Positions 1 to 11,247 of a stretch of 64,000 bases of DNA are shown piece by piece (the stretch's first letter is position 1; each line of letters begins with the position of its first letter). A model generated the notes under the pieces. That model saw only the letters and a program-made list of their open reading frames with translations, ran no database searches and had not been told where the DNA came from. Where the stretch lies: positions 24,316-88,315 of the forward strand of contig DXJF01000045.1 in assembly GCA_019057375.1 (NCBI GenBank). The letters run 5' to 3'. Origin of the DNA: Candidatus Heimdallarchaeota archaeon. GTDB taxonomy: Archaea > Asgardarchaeota > Heimdallarchaeia > Heimdallarchaeales > Heimdallarchaeaceae. The position numbers were made by a program, and so were the translations under genes.

Positions 1-44
1 TCAACTCTGGAGCAATGAGCTCTGCTAGCACATAAGATTAACTA

Positions 45-332
45 GTGGGAATTTCTATTCTTCACCATTCTAATTCTATTAATTTTGATAAGATAGGTTT
101 AATAATTTGGTTTTTAGTGTTAACATTAATGACGCTTCCTGATTATACTGTAGTTCTGATTATTTTTGGAGCGTTCATCCTTGTATCTATTTTAATAACA
201 GTGAAAAGAAGATATTTAATGAGAAATTCAATTGGGTCTGAACTTCCTATTGAAAGAGAACTTGATTTAGAAGGAGAACAGTTTGCAGGTGAAAGTCAAG
301 CAAAACTGGCACAATCTCAAACACAATGGTAA
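45..332 (+). CDS. Hypothetical small membrane protein (95 aa)
   Basis: ORF track with an alternative GTG start. Two hydrophobic helix-like segments (IGLIIWFLVLTLMTL, VVLIIFGAFILVSILI). No family recognised. Confidence 0.25.
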   Translation: MGISILHHSNSINFDKIGLIIWFLVLTLMTLPDYTVVLIIFGAFILVSILITVKRRYLMRNSIGSELPIERELDLEGEQFAGESQAKLAQSQTQW

Positions 333-353
333 TCAATTAATTCAGAAGGACAC

Positions 354-611
354 TTATTCAGCGAATATTTTTTCACAGCATTTAACGAAAGAATATGGCA
401 TCTTTCGTTTTTCAGAATCTATCTCCCAAATAAATTTTACATATTCTTGTAATTCTTTTGGAAGTAACTTGAAGAGAGGTGCTAGAAGAGAATATCCGAT
501 TTTTCTTTGATTTATGTTATCTGCATCTAAAAACAGTATCGCATAACTATAGCAAGGATATTTTTCCCTGATAGTTGTTTCATACATTTGTTTAGTATTC
601 TCTTCTTTCAT
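354..611 (-). CDS. Hypothetical protein (85 aa)
   Basis: ORF track only; no recognisable motif. Confidence 0.25.
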   Translation of the reverse strand: MKEENTKQMYETTIREKYPCYSYAILFLDADNINQRKIGYSLLAPLFKLLPKELQEYVKFIWEIDSEKRKMPYSFVKCCEKIFAE

Positions 612-715
612 CTACTATTTAATTTCCAGAATACTATTTAAAGACACAAAATCCATATCGAGAAAAATTGTGAAAAGCTAAATTTAAAGTATGATTTTCT
701 TATGAACGCTTCTTA

Positions 716-1546
716 TTACTTTATTTCCTCTTTTTCCATGAAAAACATATGATGCCAAAGCTTGTAACCTCTTTCTTGGAAAAAATTGGCTAGTTTACTG
801 TTTCTATCAAAAGTTAAGCGAATATAGTTTTTCTTCATGAATTTAACTGTGCCAGAAATAAAATCATCAACGTATTTGGGATCGGTAATTAGAAAGGGCC
901 TACAACCTGGAAATTCTGGATTTAATCTACCGTAAATTTGTAGTTTATTGTTTACAAATAAGCCGAGAGGAATAGATTCACCTCCTGTTAAACCAGGATT
1001 TTGAATGTTGTTCAAATGTGCTTCAAGTTCTTCTCTGTTAATTTCAGGAAATACTTCTACTATAGTATTATAGTCAGTAGATGTTAGAATTTTTAATTCA
1101 GATTTTTCAACTTTTTCGCTTGTTTCTTCTATTTGTTTGTAAAACTCTTCCTCTATCCAATAATGACATGATTCAAATTGCTTCTCAAATCCATATTTTT
1201 CATATAATGAGATAGATATTTGGTTTTTTGTTTCTACGTATAAGCCTACTCTTGTCATCCCTTTTACTTTAAAGTAACCAAGGGCATTTTCCATGAGTTT
1301 GTTTCCATAACCTTTGCCTCTTTCGAATTTTGTTACTGCAATTTGTCCTAAATGGCCATAATCCTTGTGAGTCATTAGGCGAAGGTAGCCGATGAGCATA
1401 TCTTCTTTAAAAGCTCCAATAAAACCTTCATCACCTATCAATTTAAGAAAACCCTGTTCTTGAACATCTTCACGGTAAAAAGCTTCACTGACTATCTCTT
1501 TAAAATCTGGCCAATCCTTGGCATCAAGTTCTTTTAAATAAACCAT
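716..1546 (-). CDS. GNAT-family N-acetyltransferase (276 aa)
   Basis: Acetyl-CoA-binding motif QIAVTKFERGKGYGNKLM (Q/R-x-x-G-x-G/A) followed by LYVETKNQISISLYEKYGF, typical of the GNAT core. Confidence 0.8.
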   Translation of the reverse strand: MVYLKELDAKDWPDFKEIVSEAFYREDVQEQGFLKLIGDEGFIGAFKEDMLIGYLRLMTHKDYGHLGQIAVTKFERGKGYGNKLMENALGYFKVKGMTRVGLYVETKNQISISLYEKYGFEKQFESCHYWIEEEFYKQIEETSEKVEKSELKILTSTDYNTIVEVFPEINREELEAHLNNIQNPGLTGGESIPLGLFVNNKLQIYGRLNPEFPGCRPFLITDPKYVDDFISGTVKFMKKNYIRLTFDRNSKLANFFQERGYKLWHHMFFMEKEEIK

Positions 1547-1594
1547 TATATAGTCTAAACAATCTACATTAATAAAATGGTTTTGATGGTGGAA

Positions 1595-1918
1595 TTAAAT
1601 TCCTTCGATTTTGAATTCTGACTCAAACTCCATTTCATCTTCTGTTATCTCAACAACCATGTGGGAAAGCTGCTTATACATTTCAAGATATTGAAAACCT
1701 CTTGTCGTACAGCTATAGATTACTGCAGGTCTTTTTTTGGGATTTTCATTTTTAATCATAAGACCACGTGATAACATGAAATGAATTATACCCTTGGCCC
1801 TGTCTATAGGTAAATTAGCCCTTCTTGCAATTTGTGAAATACCAGCTTCACTATAAAATTGTAGAACAGAAATTACGTCTGCATAAATATCATATCTTGT
1901 TCTGTTACTTGCTGGCAT
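1595..1918 (-). CDS. Winged-helix DNA-binding protein, probable transcriptional regulator (107 aa)
   Basis: HTH-like GISQIARRANLPIDRAKGIIHFMLSRGLM followed by a wing-like segment; size typical of small archaeal wHTH regulators. Confidence 0.5.
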   Translation of the reverse strand: MPASNRTRYDIYADVISVLQFYSEAGISQIARRANLPIDRAKGIIHFMLSRGLMIKNENPKKRPAVIYSCTTRGFQYLEMYKQLSHMVVEITEDEMEFESEFKIEGI

Positions 1919-1953
1919 TTAATTCACACAACTAAATCTGAATTTTGTACATT

Positions 1954-1988
1954 AAAAAGATTGGGCCTCAAGAAACTGAAACCCAATC
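1954..1988 (-). terminator. Hairpin plus T-run downstream of the 2013-3218 gene
   Basis: GATTGGG (1959-1965) is complementary to CCCAATC (1982-1988). On the minus strand the hairpin is followed by T5 (plus-strand A5 at 1954-1958). Confidence 0.45.
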
Positions 1989-2012
1989 TTTTATCAGAAA
2001 GGTTTGCTCAAA

Positions 2013-3218
2013 TTACTTATATCTCGCGGATGGGTCAGCATCAATATCATTAGCTTCTAACTTTCCAATTCTAGTATCTTCGCCTAATTTGACTTTATCA
2101 GCAATGATGTGATCTACACGTCCTCCATCATCAACTTCCACATTATCAGCTCTAAGAATTCCTCTTACTCTAGAATCCTCTCCAACGTAAACAAATTTGG
2201 CAGTAGTTTCATCAGCAGACATGCTACCTTCAATCTTTATCTCATTAGCTTGAAGAGTGGAAGCTGATAAAGATCCATTGATTTGTAAATCTCCTTCAAG
2301 TTTTAGATTTCCTTCTGCTCCACAAGAACCATTAATAGTTAGTTCATTACCAGTTGCATTGTCACCCATTTTAAAGGCACCATTGACTTTGATAGTATCA
2401 AATTTGAAATTTGCTCCAACTTTGGTAGAACCATTTATCACTAGATTCTGAATTACCGATTCATCACCAAAACCACAAGCTCCATTGCAGCTCACTGAAG
2501 GTGCTACCATGTTTCCTGTGCATTTGAAAGAGCCACCAACATTCAATTCTTTTTCGATTTTTGAAATTTCTATCTTTGCCGCTCCTCCAATTTCAACAGA
2601 ATTTGATATGAGTTCATAACAGGATAAAGACCCACCTATATCAACTTCAGGAGCTTCTAATATTCCCTCAATTTTAGCAGAACCAGATAGTTGAAAATCA
2701 GTTTTTACAGTAACATTAGCTTGAGCTTTTAGTGAACCATTGACTTCTAGGTCACCAGCACTTAAATCCATTCCATGTTTGGCGGATCCATTTATTTCGT
2801 AATCATTAACTTGTGCCACTCCATGTACAACACAAGATCCATTTATCTCCAAACCATCACAAGAAAGGTCTTTATCTACTTCTAAGGCTCCTTCTATCTC
2901 TGCTTCATTACATTCTAAAGAGCCAATAATTTCTAGTTTTGACCCATTCCTTACACCTCTACTATGAACTTTCACTTCTTGAGCTTTAACATCACCTTCT
3001 ATCTCAAGATATCCATTAGAATGTCTAATCTCTTCTGCTGAAACAGATCCTTTGATCATGATATCTCCTTTACTAAGCAATTTACCACTAACAGTTAATC
3101 TTTCTGCACTTTTTGGAACAACTATTGTGGCTCCATCTTGTACTTCCAAATCACCATCAATATGAGTTAGTTCGATTTCTTCGTCTTCTTTGACTATTGT
3201 TTTTCCCATTTTATTCAC
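2013..3218 (-). CDS. Bactofilin-like / polymer-forming beta-helix repeat protein (401 aa)
   Basis: Long run of degenerate repeats with period ~17-18 residues centred on (I/V)NGS or (I/V)GGS. The C-terminus RVRGILRADNVEVDDGGRVDHIIADKVKLGEDTRIG resembles bactofilin (DUF583) turns. Confidence 0.55.
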   Translation of the reverse strand: MNKMGKTIVKEDEEIELTHIDGDLEVQDGATIVVPKSAERLTVSGKLLSKGDIMIKGSVSAEEIRHSNGYLEIEGDVKAQEVKVHSRGVRNGSKLEIIGSLECNEAEIEGALEVDKDLSCDGLEINGSCVVHGVAQVNDYEINGSAKHGMDLSAGDLEVNGSLKAQANVTVKTDFQLSGSAKIEGILEAPEVDIGGSLSCYELISNSVEIGGAAKIEISKIEKELNVGGSFKCTGNMVAPSVSCNGACGFGDESVIQNLVINGSTKVGANFKFDTIKVNGAFKMGDNATGNELTINGSCGAEGNLKLEGDLQINGSLSASTLQANEIKIEGSMSADETTAKFVYVGEDSRVRGILRADNVEVDDGGRVDHIIADKVKLGEDTRIGKLEANDIDADPSARYK

Positions 3219-3359
3219 TTTGTTTTACTTGTTTCCAAGCAAATACTCTCTTCTATATTTAAAAAGAAACAACACAAGTTGTGACCATAAAGTGTACTTT
3301 TCTGAAAAACTGTTGTATATAAATAGTAAAGCCTTTAAAAAAAAACAAGATGGTTTCTT

Positions 3360-5180
3360 ATGTCAGATGATTTGATCGAAAAATTAGCTCGAATTCCACA
3401 GTTTTATATGCCCTCATTGAACCATTCGAAGGATGAAGTTGCTTTTTATTGGGATATTACTGGGAGAATTGAGCTTTATGTAATGAATCTGTCCTCTGGT
3501 GACTATAAACAGATTAGTAATGGCGAGGTACCAAGAGCACTCAGGTCTGGTTATCTGTGGACTAGAGATAATAATGGTATTATCTTCGCTAAGGATAAAG
3601 ATGGTGATGAAAAACACGATCTTTATCTTCTTAATTTAACTACAAAGGAAATAGAACAATTAACTAATACACCTTCATTCCAGGAACATGTTGCACATTC
3701 AAGCCCCGATGGAAAACAATTACTCTTTCGTTCTACTAGAAATGGACAAATGAATTTATTTAGTCTTGATTTTGAAACTAAAGAAATTAAAGAATTAACC
3801 AATTATCCAAGACCTGTTATAGGAGCTTTGTGGAGTCCCCAGAATGACTTCATTGTTTTTGGATATAATGATACAGAAAATTTCCAAAATGGTGATATCT
3901 GGATAATGGAACCAGACGGTTCAAATCAAAGAAAGCTCTTAAGTTTGAAAGTAGGTTCTAGAGATGGCGTAACAGATATTTCTGAGGATGGGAAATTGCT
4001 AGCTGTAACTTCTGATTTCGAAGGGAATTCTAGAGCAGGCGTTTATAATTTAGATACAGATGAAATTAAATGGTTTGGTGATGGTAGGTATCAAGAATAT
4101 TCTGGAAAGTTATCAAAGAATGGAGAATTCTTAGTCTGTACTAGAAATTCTAAAGCTACAATCTCTCCCTTAATCTATGATTTAGATTCTGGTAATGTAA
4201 GAATCCTTGATTTTCCTCCAGGAATTGCTGCTGGAAGTGCAATAACAAAAAATGACGAATCATTGATGGTAACCTTAAATTCATCTACAAGCCCAAGTAA
4301 GTTAATTAAGTATGATCTGAATGAGGATAAGATTGAAGAACTTATACATCCTCATCTTGGTGATTTAGATCTTGATTTCTTTATAACAGACGATTATGTT
4401 GAATATCCATCAACAGATAATCTTACTATAGGCGCTGTACTTTACAAACCAAAAAATATCGAAATGGGTAAGAAATTACCTGCACTAGTACAAGTACATG
4501 GTGGCCCCACTAGTCAATATCTTCGAAATTTTAGTATGTTTGATCAGATACTTGTCAACAATGGTTTCGTTATTCTCAAGCCTAATTTTCGCGGTTCAAC
4601 AGGATATGGTAGAAATTTTCAAGACTTAAACGTCGAAGATATAGGTGGTGGCGATTTCGAGGATGTTGTTGCTGGTGTTGATTATCTTAAAACTCTAGAT
4701 TATGTTGATTCTAGTAGAATAGGTATCTTTGGTGGTTCATATGGTGGATATATGACTTTTTGGGCTACTGTAAAGAAACCAGATATTTGGAAAGCTGGTG
4801 CAGCAAGCGTTGGAATAACAGACTGGAAACAGCTATATGACGAAAGCATGCCTCATTTCAAATACTATCTTCATATGATGTTTGGAAAACCTGATGAAAA
4901 AGGGGATCTTTACAAGGAACGCTCCCCAATTCATTTTGTAGAAAATCTAAAGACACCTCTACTAATTGTTCATGGGACTCATGATCCACGCTGTCCAATA
5001 ACTCAAGCAAGAATCTATAAAGACAAAATGTTGGAGCTAGGTTGGAAAGAAGGAACTGAAGGAGAAAAAACCTTTGAGTATGTAGAACATACTGATATTG
5101 GTCACGGTGGTTTCACCGATCAAGAATTCCGTATTCGCTCATTCAAAACAATTTTGGATTTCTTTAAAAGAAGATTATAA
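3360..5180 (+). CDS. S9-family serine peptidase (prolyl oligopeptidase / acylaminoacyl-peptidase type, 606 aa)
   Basis: N-terminal beta-propeller-like repeats and a C-terminal alpha/beta-hydrolase domain. Nucleophile elbow GGSYGGYM, and Asp/His region HGTHDPRC ... GHGG. Confidence 0.85.
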   Translation: MSDDLIEKLARIPQFYMPSLNHSKDEVAFYWDITGRIELYVMNLSSGDYKQISNGEVPRALRSGYLWTRDNNGIIFAKDKDGDEKHDLYLLNLTTKEIEQLTNTPSFQEHVAHSSPDGKQLLFRSTRNGQMNLFSLDFETKEIKELTNYPRPVIGALWSPQNDFIVFGYNDTENFQNGDIWIMEPDGSNQRKLLSLKVGSRDGVTDISEDGKLLAVTSDFEGNSRAGVYNLDTDEIKWFGDGRYQEYSGKLSKNGEFLVCTRNSKATISPLIYDLDSGNVRILDFPPGIAAGSAITKNDESLMVTLNSSTSPSKLIKYDLNEDKIEELIHPHLGDLDLDFFITDDYVEYPSTDNLTIGAVLYKPKNIEMGKKLPALVQVHGGPTSQYLRNFSMFDQILVNNGFVILKPNFRGSTGYGRNFQDLNVEDIGGGDFEDVVAGVDYLKTLDYVDSSRIGIFGGSYGGYMTFWATVKKPDIWKAGAASVGITDWKQLYDESMPHFKYYLHMMFGKPDEKGDLYKERSPIHFVENLKTPLLIVHGTHDPRCPITQARIYKDKMLELGWKEGTEGEKTFEYVEHTDIGHGGFTDQEFRIRSFKTILDFFKRRL

Positions 5181-5206
5181 TTAGAGGAATCCCCTTCAAT
5201 CATTTT

Positions 5207-7024
5207 TTAATCTGTTTGAGTGGTAAGGGAATCTGTTCTTGTTTTAACAATTTTTTCTTCCCACAATCTTCTCATTTCTGCATTTGTTTCTAATAAATCA
5301 TCCAAATTGCCTTGAGCATCTATTTTTCCATCTTTCAATACAATAACATTATCAGCTCTTCGAAGAGCGATTGGACGGTGTGAGACAGCTAAACAAGTTG
5401 ATACTCCAGTTCTGTCAAAAACTCGTTTCCAGAGTTTTTGTTCTGTTTCAACATCAAGAGCACTTGATAGATCATCAAAAATATATATTTCTGAATCTCT
5501 TGCAAACATTCTTGCTGCCGCTAAACGTTGTCTTTGACCCCCTGATAGTTTGACACCCTTTGGACCAATTAGCGTATCTAAGCTTTTCTCGAAACCCAAA
5601 ACTTCCTTTTCAATTACTGCTAGTTTCAAGGAATCTTCAATAGCAACGGATTCCTCAGGTAATCCCATTAATATATTTTCTTTTACTGTCTCACTAAAGA
5701 GACGTGGAACTTGTGATGTATAAGCTGTTATTGGTGGTACAAAGAAATCATCTGGTTTCTCGACTTCCTTCCCATTCCACAATAGCAACCCTTCATCCTT
5801 TGGTAGTAAACCAATCAAAGTTCGTAGGAGAGTAGTTTTCCCTGAACCTATTCTACCTGTGATTACTGTAAACGATCCTTTAGCTATTGAAAAATTAATA
5901 TCCTTAATGCCTTTGTCGGAACCTGGATAGATATAAGATAGATTTTTTATCTCAAAATTCACTAATTTATTTTCTTCTGCAATGTTCAACGCTTGTATTT
6001 TTGGATATGTTTCTTTGAGATAGATTGGACCATGCCTAACTAAATCAAATTCTGTTACTTCAGGATCTTCACTTTTTATTAGTTTAAACATCCTCTCAAG
6101 TGAAACTTTAGTACGCATGTATCTTGGAACCATGTCTCCCATGTCCCAGATGAATTCACCTAGTTCTCCTAATAATACTACAAAAAATGCTAAATCACCA
6201 ACTGAAAACATATCACTTTGCATGTTATTTCCAACTAGCAGCAGTATGGTACCTATTCCCAAATAGACTGTAACATAGTAAATGGCGTGAATTAAACGAT
6301 GGAAGAATTCATCTTTTACTTCAGCTATTTTTCTCTTTCGATTTATTTCTCCAAAATATTCTAGTACATTATCTTCAGCTGTTGCAACCTTAATTGATTG
6401 AACCGATCTGAATATTTCTCCAATAGTTCGTGTTACTGCACCAGCAGCTTTTCGACGATCTTTTCTTAACCTTGTGAAAATTGGTCTAGTGAAGAAAACC
6501 AATATCATCATAAACAGAAATGGAACACTTACAAATGCTGTTACCTTCCAGTTGATATCTCCCATAAGATAGAAGGATATTCCTGTAAAAATTCCTAAGC
6601 TAAAGAAGGATGTAAGGTGATAAACAAACCACATAACCTCTTCTATATCTCCTCTGAATCTGGAAACAGCTTCTCCTGGTGAATCAGGTAATGCAACGGC
6701 TCCTGGTTTCTTGAAAATTCCAAGTAACATATTTCTTCTTATTAGTACTCTACTAGCTAGAATAAAGACCCACATTGTGAAAATGAAAACAAAATCTCCA
6801 ACAAGTCGCATGGTTAGGGTTAGAGGAAGAACTAGAAGTACTAAAACCCAGATATTGACACTTATATTCCAACCTGCTACCCCCTCTAGTTTGTTGAAAA
6901 TCTCTCGAGCTATTATAGCTGCTGCTAAGGGCTGAAGAAAGAACAATATATCAGAGAGAAAACCTGCGAAAACCAATCCTGGTTTATAGCGTAACATTCT
7001 CCAAGATAACCTTAATACTTTCAT
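5207..7024 (-). CDS. ABC exporter, fused permease/ATPase subunit (605 aa)
   Basis: N-terminal 6-TM domain. Walker [10 protein letters not shown], signature LSGGQRQR, Walker B IYIFDD. Overlaps the upstream partner by 4 nt. Confidence 0.9.
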   Translation of the reverse strand: MKVLRLSWRMLRYKPGLVFAGFLSDILFFLQPLAAAIIAREIFNKLEGVAGWNISVNIWVLVLLVLPLTLTMRLVGDFVFIFTMWVFILASRVLIRRNMLLGIFKKPGAVALPDSPGEAVSRFRGDIEEVMWFVYHLTSFFSLGIFTGISFYLMGDINWKVTAFVSVPFLFMMILVFFTRPIFTRLRKDRRKAAGAVTRTIGEIFRSVQSIKVATAEDNVLEYFGEINRKRKIAEVKDEFFHRLIHAIYYVTVYLGIGTILLLVGNNMQSDMFSVGDLAFFVVLLGELGEFIWDMGDMVPRYMRTKVSLERMFKLIKSEDPEVTEFDLVRHGPIYLKETYPKIQALNIAEENKLVNFEIKNLSYIYPGSDKGIKDINFSIAKGSFTVITGRIGSGKTTLLRTLIGLLPKDEGLLLWNGKEVEKPDDFFVPPITAYTSQVPRLFSETVKENILMGLPEESVAIEDSLKLAVIEKEVLGFEKSLDTLIGPKGVKLSGGQRQRLAAARMFARDSEIYIFDDLSSALDVETEQKLWKRVFDRTGVSTCLAVSHRPIALRRADNVIVLKDGKIDAQGNLDDLLETNAEMRRLWEEKIVKTRTDSLTTQTD

Positions 7025-8838
7025 TTCAACAACTCCTCAATTTCTCCTGTTTGTAGCAAATGATAGAATTTCGTTTGTTTATCATTTGCTAATTCCTCTC
7101 TTTTTCCGTATTCGATTATTTTCCCTTTATCGATAATCAGAACATCATCAACTTTTTCCAGAGTTGCTAGCCGATGAGCAATTATTATGCCTGTTCTATT
7201 AATGAGCAATTTTTCAATTGCTTGATCAAGTAAATGCTCTGTAGCAAGATCTAATCTTGATGAAGCTTCATCTAAAACAACTAAATTTGGGCTTTTAATG
7301 AATACTCTAGCTAAAGCTAACAGTTGAGCTTCACCTGCAGAAATTCCGTGCTCACTAGATGAAATAATTGTATCTAAACCTTCTGGAAGTTTCTCTAACC
7401 AGTTTCCTAGACCAATATCAAGAAGAATTGATTCGATGCGAATATCAGGTATTCTATTATCAAATAATGTTACATTTTCTCTAATCGAAGCTTGGAACAA
7501 CTCCACATTTTGTGTTACATAAGAGACTTTATCTCTTAAGTCCAGAAGTGATAAATCAGCAATTTTTGTATCATTTAATTTAATATTTCCATCATTTTGT
7601 TTGGTATCATACAATCTAAAGATAAGTCTAGAAATTGTTGTTTTGCCACTACCTGTGTGTCCAACAATCCCCAATGTTTGTCCAGGTTCAAGTTTGAAAG
7701 AGACATTACTAAGAACGTAATCATCTTCATTATAGGCAAAACTTAGATTATCAAATTCAATAGCTAAGGGACCAGGAGATAATTTTTCTTTACCAATATC
7801 CTGAATTTTTGTTTCCATCTCAAACAATTTGTTGATTCTGTCAATTGATGCTCCTGCTCTTTGAAGATCTTGCATCTGTCTAGTAATAACAAATATAGGT
7901 CGAAGCAATATTCCAGCAAATATTTGAATTAAGAATACTGTACCTAATGATATCACACCAGTTCTAACCAAAGGAATACTGGGTGCGAAAATCAGTGTGT
8001 TGATGATAGCAATAACTACCCATATAGCCATTACAAAGACTTGACCTCGAAATAAAGCTCTGTGAAAAGCTTTGAAATCCTTTCTAGATGCATCATGAAA
8101 CTTGCGCATAACATTTTTCACACCTGCATTGGCACGAATGTCTTCTATTGCACTCAAGCTTTCTTCTATGGTTCCATACATGTCTGCGCTTGTTTGTCTT
8201 TGATTTTCCCATGCTTTAACTGAAAAGTTTCTAAGAACGTACATTACAATTATTGCTAAAATTGTGAAGGCAGTAAATGAAATTCCTATTATCCAATGTT
8301 TAGTGTATAATACTGCAAGAGAACCAATGATTACAAGTAGGGATGTAACTAACTGAACAGAGAATTGTGATAAGAAAGTAGCTAAGGTGTTTACGTCACC
8401 GTCAATTCTTTCAATCATCTCTCCTGGTTTATGTTCATTATGAAATGTCATATCTAAATTTACACAATGTTTGGTTAAATCGAATCTAAGCATGTTTGTT
8501 GCCGACCATGAAAGATTTTGACTCAAATAAACTGACCCTAAGGTAATCAACTGCTGTATAACCATCAGAACAATATATGCACCTGCTAACAATAATAGAA
8601 CTCGATTAATTGAATTTAGACTTACAATAGGAATCTGTTTTCCTACCCAAAACACATTTATGTCTTGAATTGGGAAACCTCTGGTCGCTAAATCGATGAA
8701 TCTCTCAATGATTAAAGGAGAGAAAATCAGTAGAACAGTTCCACTACTTAATAGGAAAGCTAACAATAACACTCTTCTCTTGAAAGGTGCTAGGTACTTC
8801 TTCTGTACCTCCCAATATTTTTGTAGTGGAATTTTCAT
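7021..8838 (-). CDS. ABC exporter, fused permease/ATPase subunit (605 aa), heterodimer partner
   Basis: TM domain. Walker [10 protein letters not shown], degenerate signature ISAGEAQ, Walker [10 protein letters not shown]. Translationally coupled to 5207-7024. Confidence 0.9.
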   Translation of the reverse strand: MKIPLQKYWEVQKKYLAPFKRRVLLLAFLLSSGTVLLIFSPLIIERFIDLATRGFPIQDINVFWVGKQIPIVSLNSINRVLLLLAGAYIVLMVIQQLITLGSVYLSQNLSWSATNMLRFDLTKHCVNLDMTFHNEHKPGEMIERIDGDVNTLATFLSQFSVQLVTSLLVIIGSLAVLYTKHWIIGISFTAFTILAIIVMYVLRNFSVKAWENQRQTSADMYGTIEESLSAIEDIRANAGVKNVMRKFHDASRKDFKAFHRALFRGQVFVMAIWVVIAIINTLIFAPSIPLVRTGVISLGTVFLIQIFAGILLRPIFVITRQMQDLQRAGASIDRINKLFEMETKIQDIGKEKLSPGPLAIEFDNLSFAYNEDDYVLSNVSFKLEPGQTLGIVGHTGSGKTTISRLIFRLYDTKQNDGNIKLNDTKIADLSLLDLRDKVSYVTQNVELFQASIRENVTLFDNRIPDIRIESILLDIGLGNWLEKLPEGLDTIISSSEHGISAGEAQLLALARVFIKSPNLVVLDEASSRLDLATEHLLDQAIEKLLINRTGIIIAHRLATLEKVDDVLIIDKGKIIEYGKREELANDKQTKFYHLLQTGEIEELLK

Positions 8839-8925
8839 AGTCTTGGTTATTCGACAGAAGAGACTTATAAATTTAATTTTAACCGATTGAAATAAAAAAT
8901 AGAGAACTCATGAAGCTTCAAGAGT

Positions 8926-9582
8926 TCATTTTTCTGGTAGTCGGGGTCTTAAAACTAGATAAAGTAAGCCACCAAACAATGGAATGCAGAAGAGTGCGAA
9001 CAATTTAATATTATGCCATTCCCTTCTTTTCATATCGCTCCAAATGACTATAGGGTAGAACAAAGTTAACAGAGAAAAATCTATTGTCATCACTTGTATG
9101 AAACGAATGTCCATAAAACTTGATCCATACACGCTCCAATTGCCATTGATGCTAGCTGCAATAATTCCAAACAATACAAGAGCTAAAGCCAATGCAGTTA
9201 ATATAATACCTAAGATGCGTGAATCAACTATTTTTGTGAACCATGTTTTTTTGGTCTTTGGGTTTTTTCTCCTAACTCCCCTTATTGCAAAATATGGCAT
9301 CAGTGCATACATTCCTAAAGCAAATGATCCCAATACAAAAGGCCATGCTGGTATGAATCTTTCTCTGACCTCTATAAAGAGTATTACAGAATAGAGTAAA
9401 GCCCAAACACCTACTACCATGAAAATACTCCATTCAATAGGATTGGTTTTAGCATACTCAATCGTGAAATCCCCAAAACCTGGATCACTTTGTTGTGCAG
9501 CTGGTGCCCATATAAATGTATATAGTAGAAAAAACAACCACAATACTAAAAATACAAATATAGACTCAGAAATTCTTTCCAT
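8926..9582 (-). CDS. Integral membrane protein (218 aa)
   Basis: Six or more hydrophobic helices. The C-terminal IPLFGGLLYLVLRPR resembles the short PLD-N-terminal-like membrane motif. Confidence 0.55.
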   Translation of the reverse strand: MERISESIFVFLVLWLFFLLYTFIWAPAAQQSDPGFGDFTIEYAKTNPIEWSIFMVVGVWALLYSVILFIEVRERFIPAWPFVLGSFALGMYALMPYFAIRGVRRKNPKTKKTWFTKIVDSRILGIILTALALALVLFGIIAASINGNWSVYGSSFMDIRFIQVMTIDFSLLTLFYPIVIWSDMKRREWHNIKLFALFCIPLFGGLLYLVLRPRLPEK

Positions 9583-9687
9583 GGGACTCTAAATTCTTTG
9601 ATAGAAGATAATAAATTTCTTTGTTCTTGTTCTTTTAATTCTGTTTCTGAATTTTCCATTTTAGTTCTCCTTCTGAGATGTACTTTA

Positions 9688-10386
9688 TTAAGTGTTGAAT
9701 GCTCTGTCTCCTGCGTCTCCTAAGCCAGGAACAATGTATCCCTTTTCATTAAGTTCCTTATCGACTGCACCAGCTAGGATATTCACTTCTGGAAACTCCT
9801 TCTGAATTCTTTCTATACCGAATTGAGATGCAATCGCACAAAGAACGATTATTCTGAGAGGTTTTTGTTTTTTGATTTGCTGAAGTGTAAATAGTAATGT
9901 AGATCCACTAGCTAGCATAGGATCAACAACTATAGCAATCTTATCCTCAAGATATGGAATACTGGAATAAGTACAATCAATTCGGAAATCCTTCCCATCG
10001 TCTCGAAGTTTTTTACCTCTTGAAGCTGAAATTAAACCAGCTTTGGCGTTGGGGAGTACTTCTAATACTCCTTCAGACATTGGTAGTGCTGCTCTTAGGA
10101 TTGTAATTACTACGATATTAGTTTTTATTTTTTTGAAATCAGCTTCCCCTAGAGGTGTTTCAATTTGCATTATTTCTGTTTCTAGAAATTTTGCTGCTTC
10201 ATAAGTTAAATAATTCCCAATTCGCTTAAGATTTATTCTGAAATCAGCTGGGTTTGTTTGTTTATCCCTTAATTTACCAATAATTTCAGAAATAAGAACG
10301 TTAATTTTACTACCATTGAATAGCATCAAGCAATAGTATAAACTAGCTAGATTAAATATATTTTTCAAAAACACAAGGTCACTCAA
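9688..10386 (-). CDS. upp: Uracil phosphoribosyltransferase
   Basis: PRPP-binding loop VVDPMLASGST and C-terminal YIVPGLGDAGDRAF, both hallmarks of Upp. The true start may be an internal Met (e.g. 10326). Confidence 0.85.
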   Translation of the reverse strand: MSDLVFLKNIFNLASLYYCLMLFNGSKINVLISEIIGKLRDKQTNPADFRINLKRIGNYLTYEAAKFLETEIMQIETPLGEADFKKIKTNIVVITILRAALPMSEGVLEVLPNAKAGLISASRGKKLRDDGKDFRIDCTYSSIPYLEDKIAIVVDPMLASGSTLLFTLQQIKKQKPLRIIVLCAIASQFGIERIQKEFPEVNILAGAVDKELNEKGYIVPGLGDAGDRAFNT

Positions 10387-10432
10387 CTTTAGAGAATAAA
10401 AGTAATATACTTAATTTGACATACTTAACTTT

Positions 10433-11158
10433 GTGTCCTCTACATCCAAAATTGGTTTCTTATTGATACATGGATTAGGTAGTTGCAGTGCTGTAATGAA
10501 ACCACTTGAGGACTTTCTTACAAATAAAGGCTTTAAAGTACTTAATATCACTCTTCCGGGTCATAATACATTTCCAAAAGATTTGTTAAAGATAGGTTGG
10601 GAAGATTGGGTAGATTATTGTCAAGGAAAACTAGAAATTCTTATGAAGAGCTGTCCAGCAACCTTCATTGTTGGTACTTCCTTAGGTGGTGCCCTCGCAC
10701 TCTATATAACCGCAAAAAATCCCGAGTTGAGCGGAGTAATAACTTGTGCAACAGCTGTAAAACCCTTTAATTTCATTTCATGGTTTGTTATCAATTTTAG
10801 ATTTATACATTATATTGTTCGCTGGATAAAAATTGAGAAAATAAGTTCAAAGTTAGTTGGTAATCCACAAAATTGGGCGGCTTATAAGAAAATACCTGTG
10901 AAGAGTCTTGTAGAAATTGCAAAATTGCTAGATAAGCTTAATCCGATTCTGGGAAATATTAGTCAACCCATATTAATTGTTCATAGTGAGAATGATAAAG
11001 CTGTATCAATAAAAGGCATAGAACAGATTACTTCTTCAATCAGTTCGAGGGATCAAAGCATTGCTAGAATAAGCAAAGGTGGTCATGTAATTATGTTAGA
11101 TGAAGGTTGTACTCAAGCTCTTACAGAGATAGAAAACTGGATTGATGTGAGAATATAG
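10433..11158 (+). CDS. Alpha/beta-hydrolase (esterase/lipase-type, 241 aa)
   Basis: HG oxyanion motif LLIHGLG, nucleophile elbow GTSLGG, C-terminal GGH. GTG start. Confidence 0.75.
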   Translation: MSSTSKIGFLLIHGLGSCSAVMKPLEDFLTNKGFKVLNITLPGHNTFPKDLLKIGWEDWVDYCQGKLEILMKSCPATFIVGTSLGGALALYITAKNPELSGVITCATAVKPFNFISWFVINFRFIHYIVRWIKIEKISSKLVGNPQNWAAYKKIPVKSLVEIAKLLDKLNPILGNISQPILIVHSENDKAVSIKGIEQITSSISSRDQSIARISKGGHVIMLDEGCTQALTEIENWIDVRI

Positions 11159-11247
11159 TAAACTGATTTTAATTTATTTAATTAACTATATAAGTGTTAA
11201 ATGGTGGTATTTTACATGTTAAGATTTGTAACGTAGGATTGAGTATT

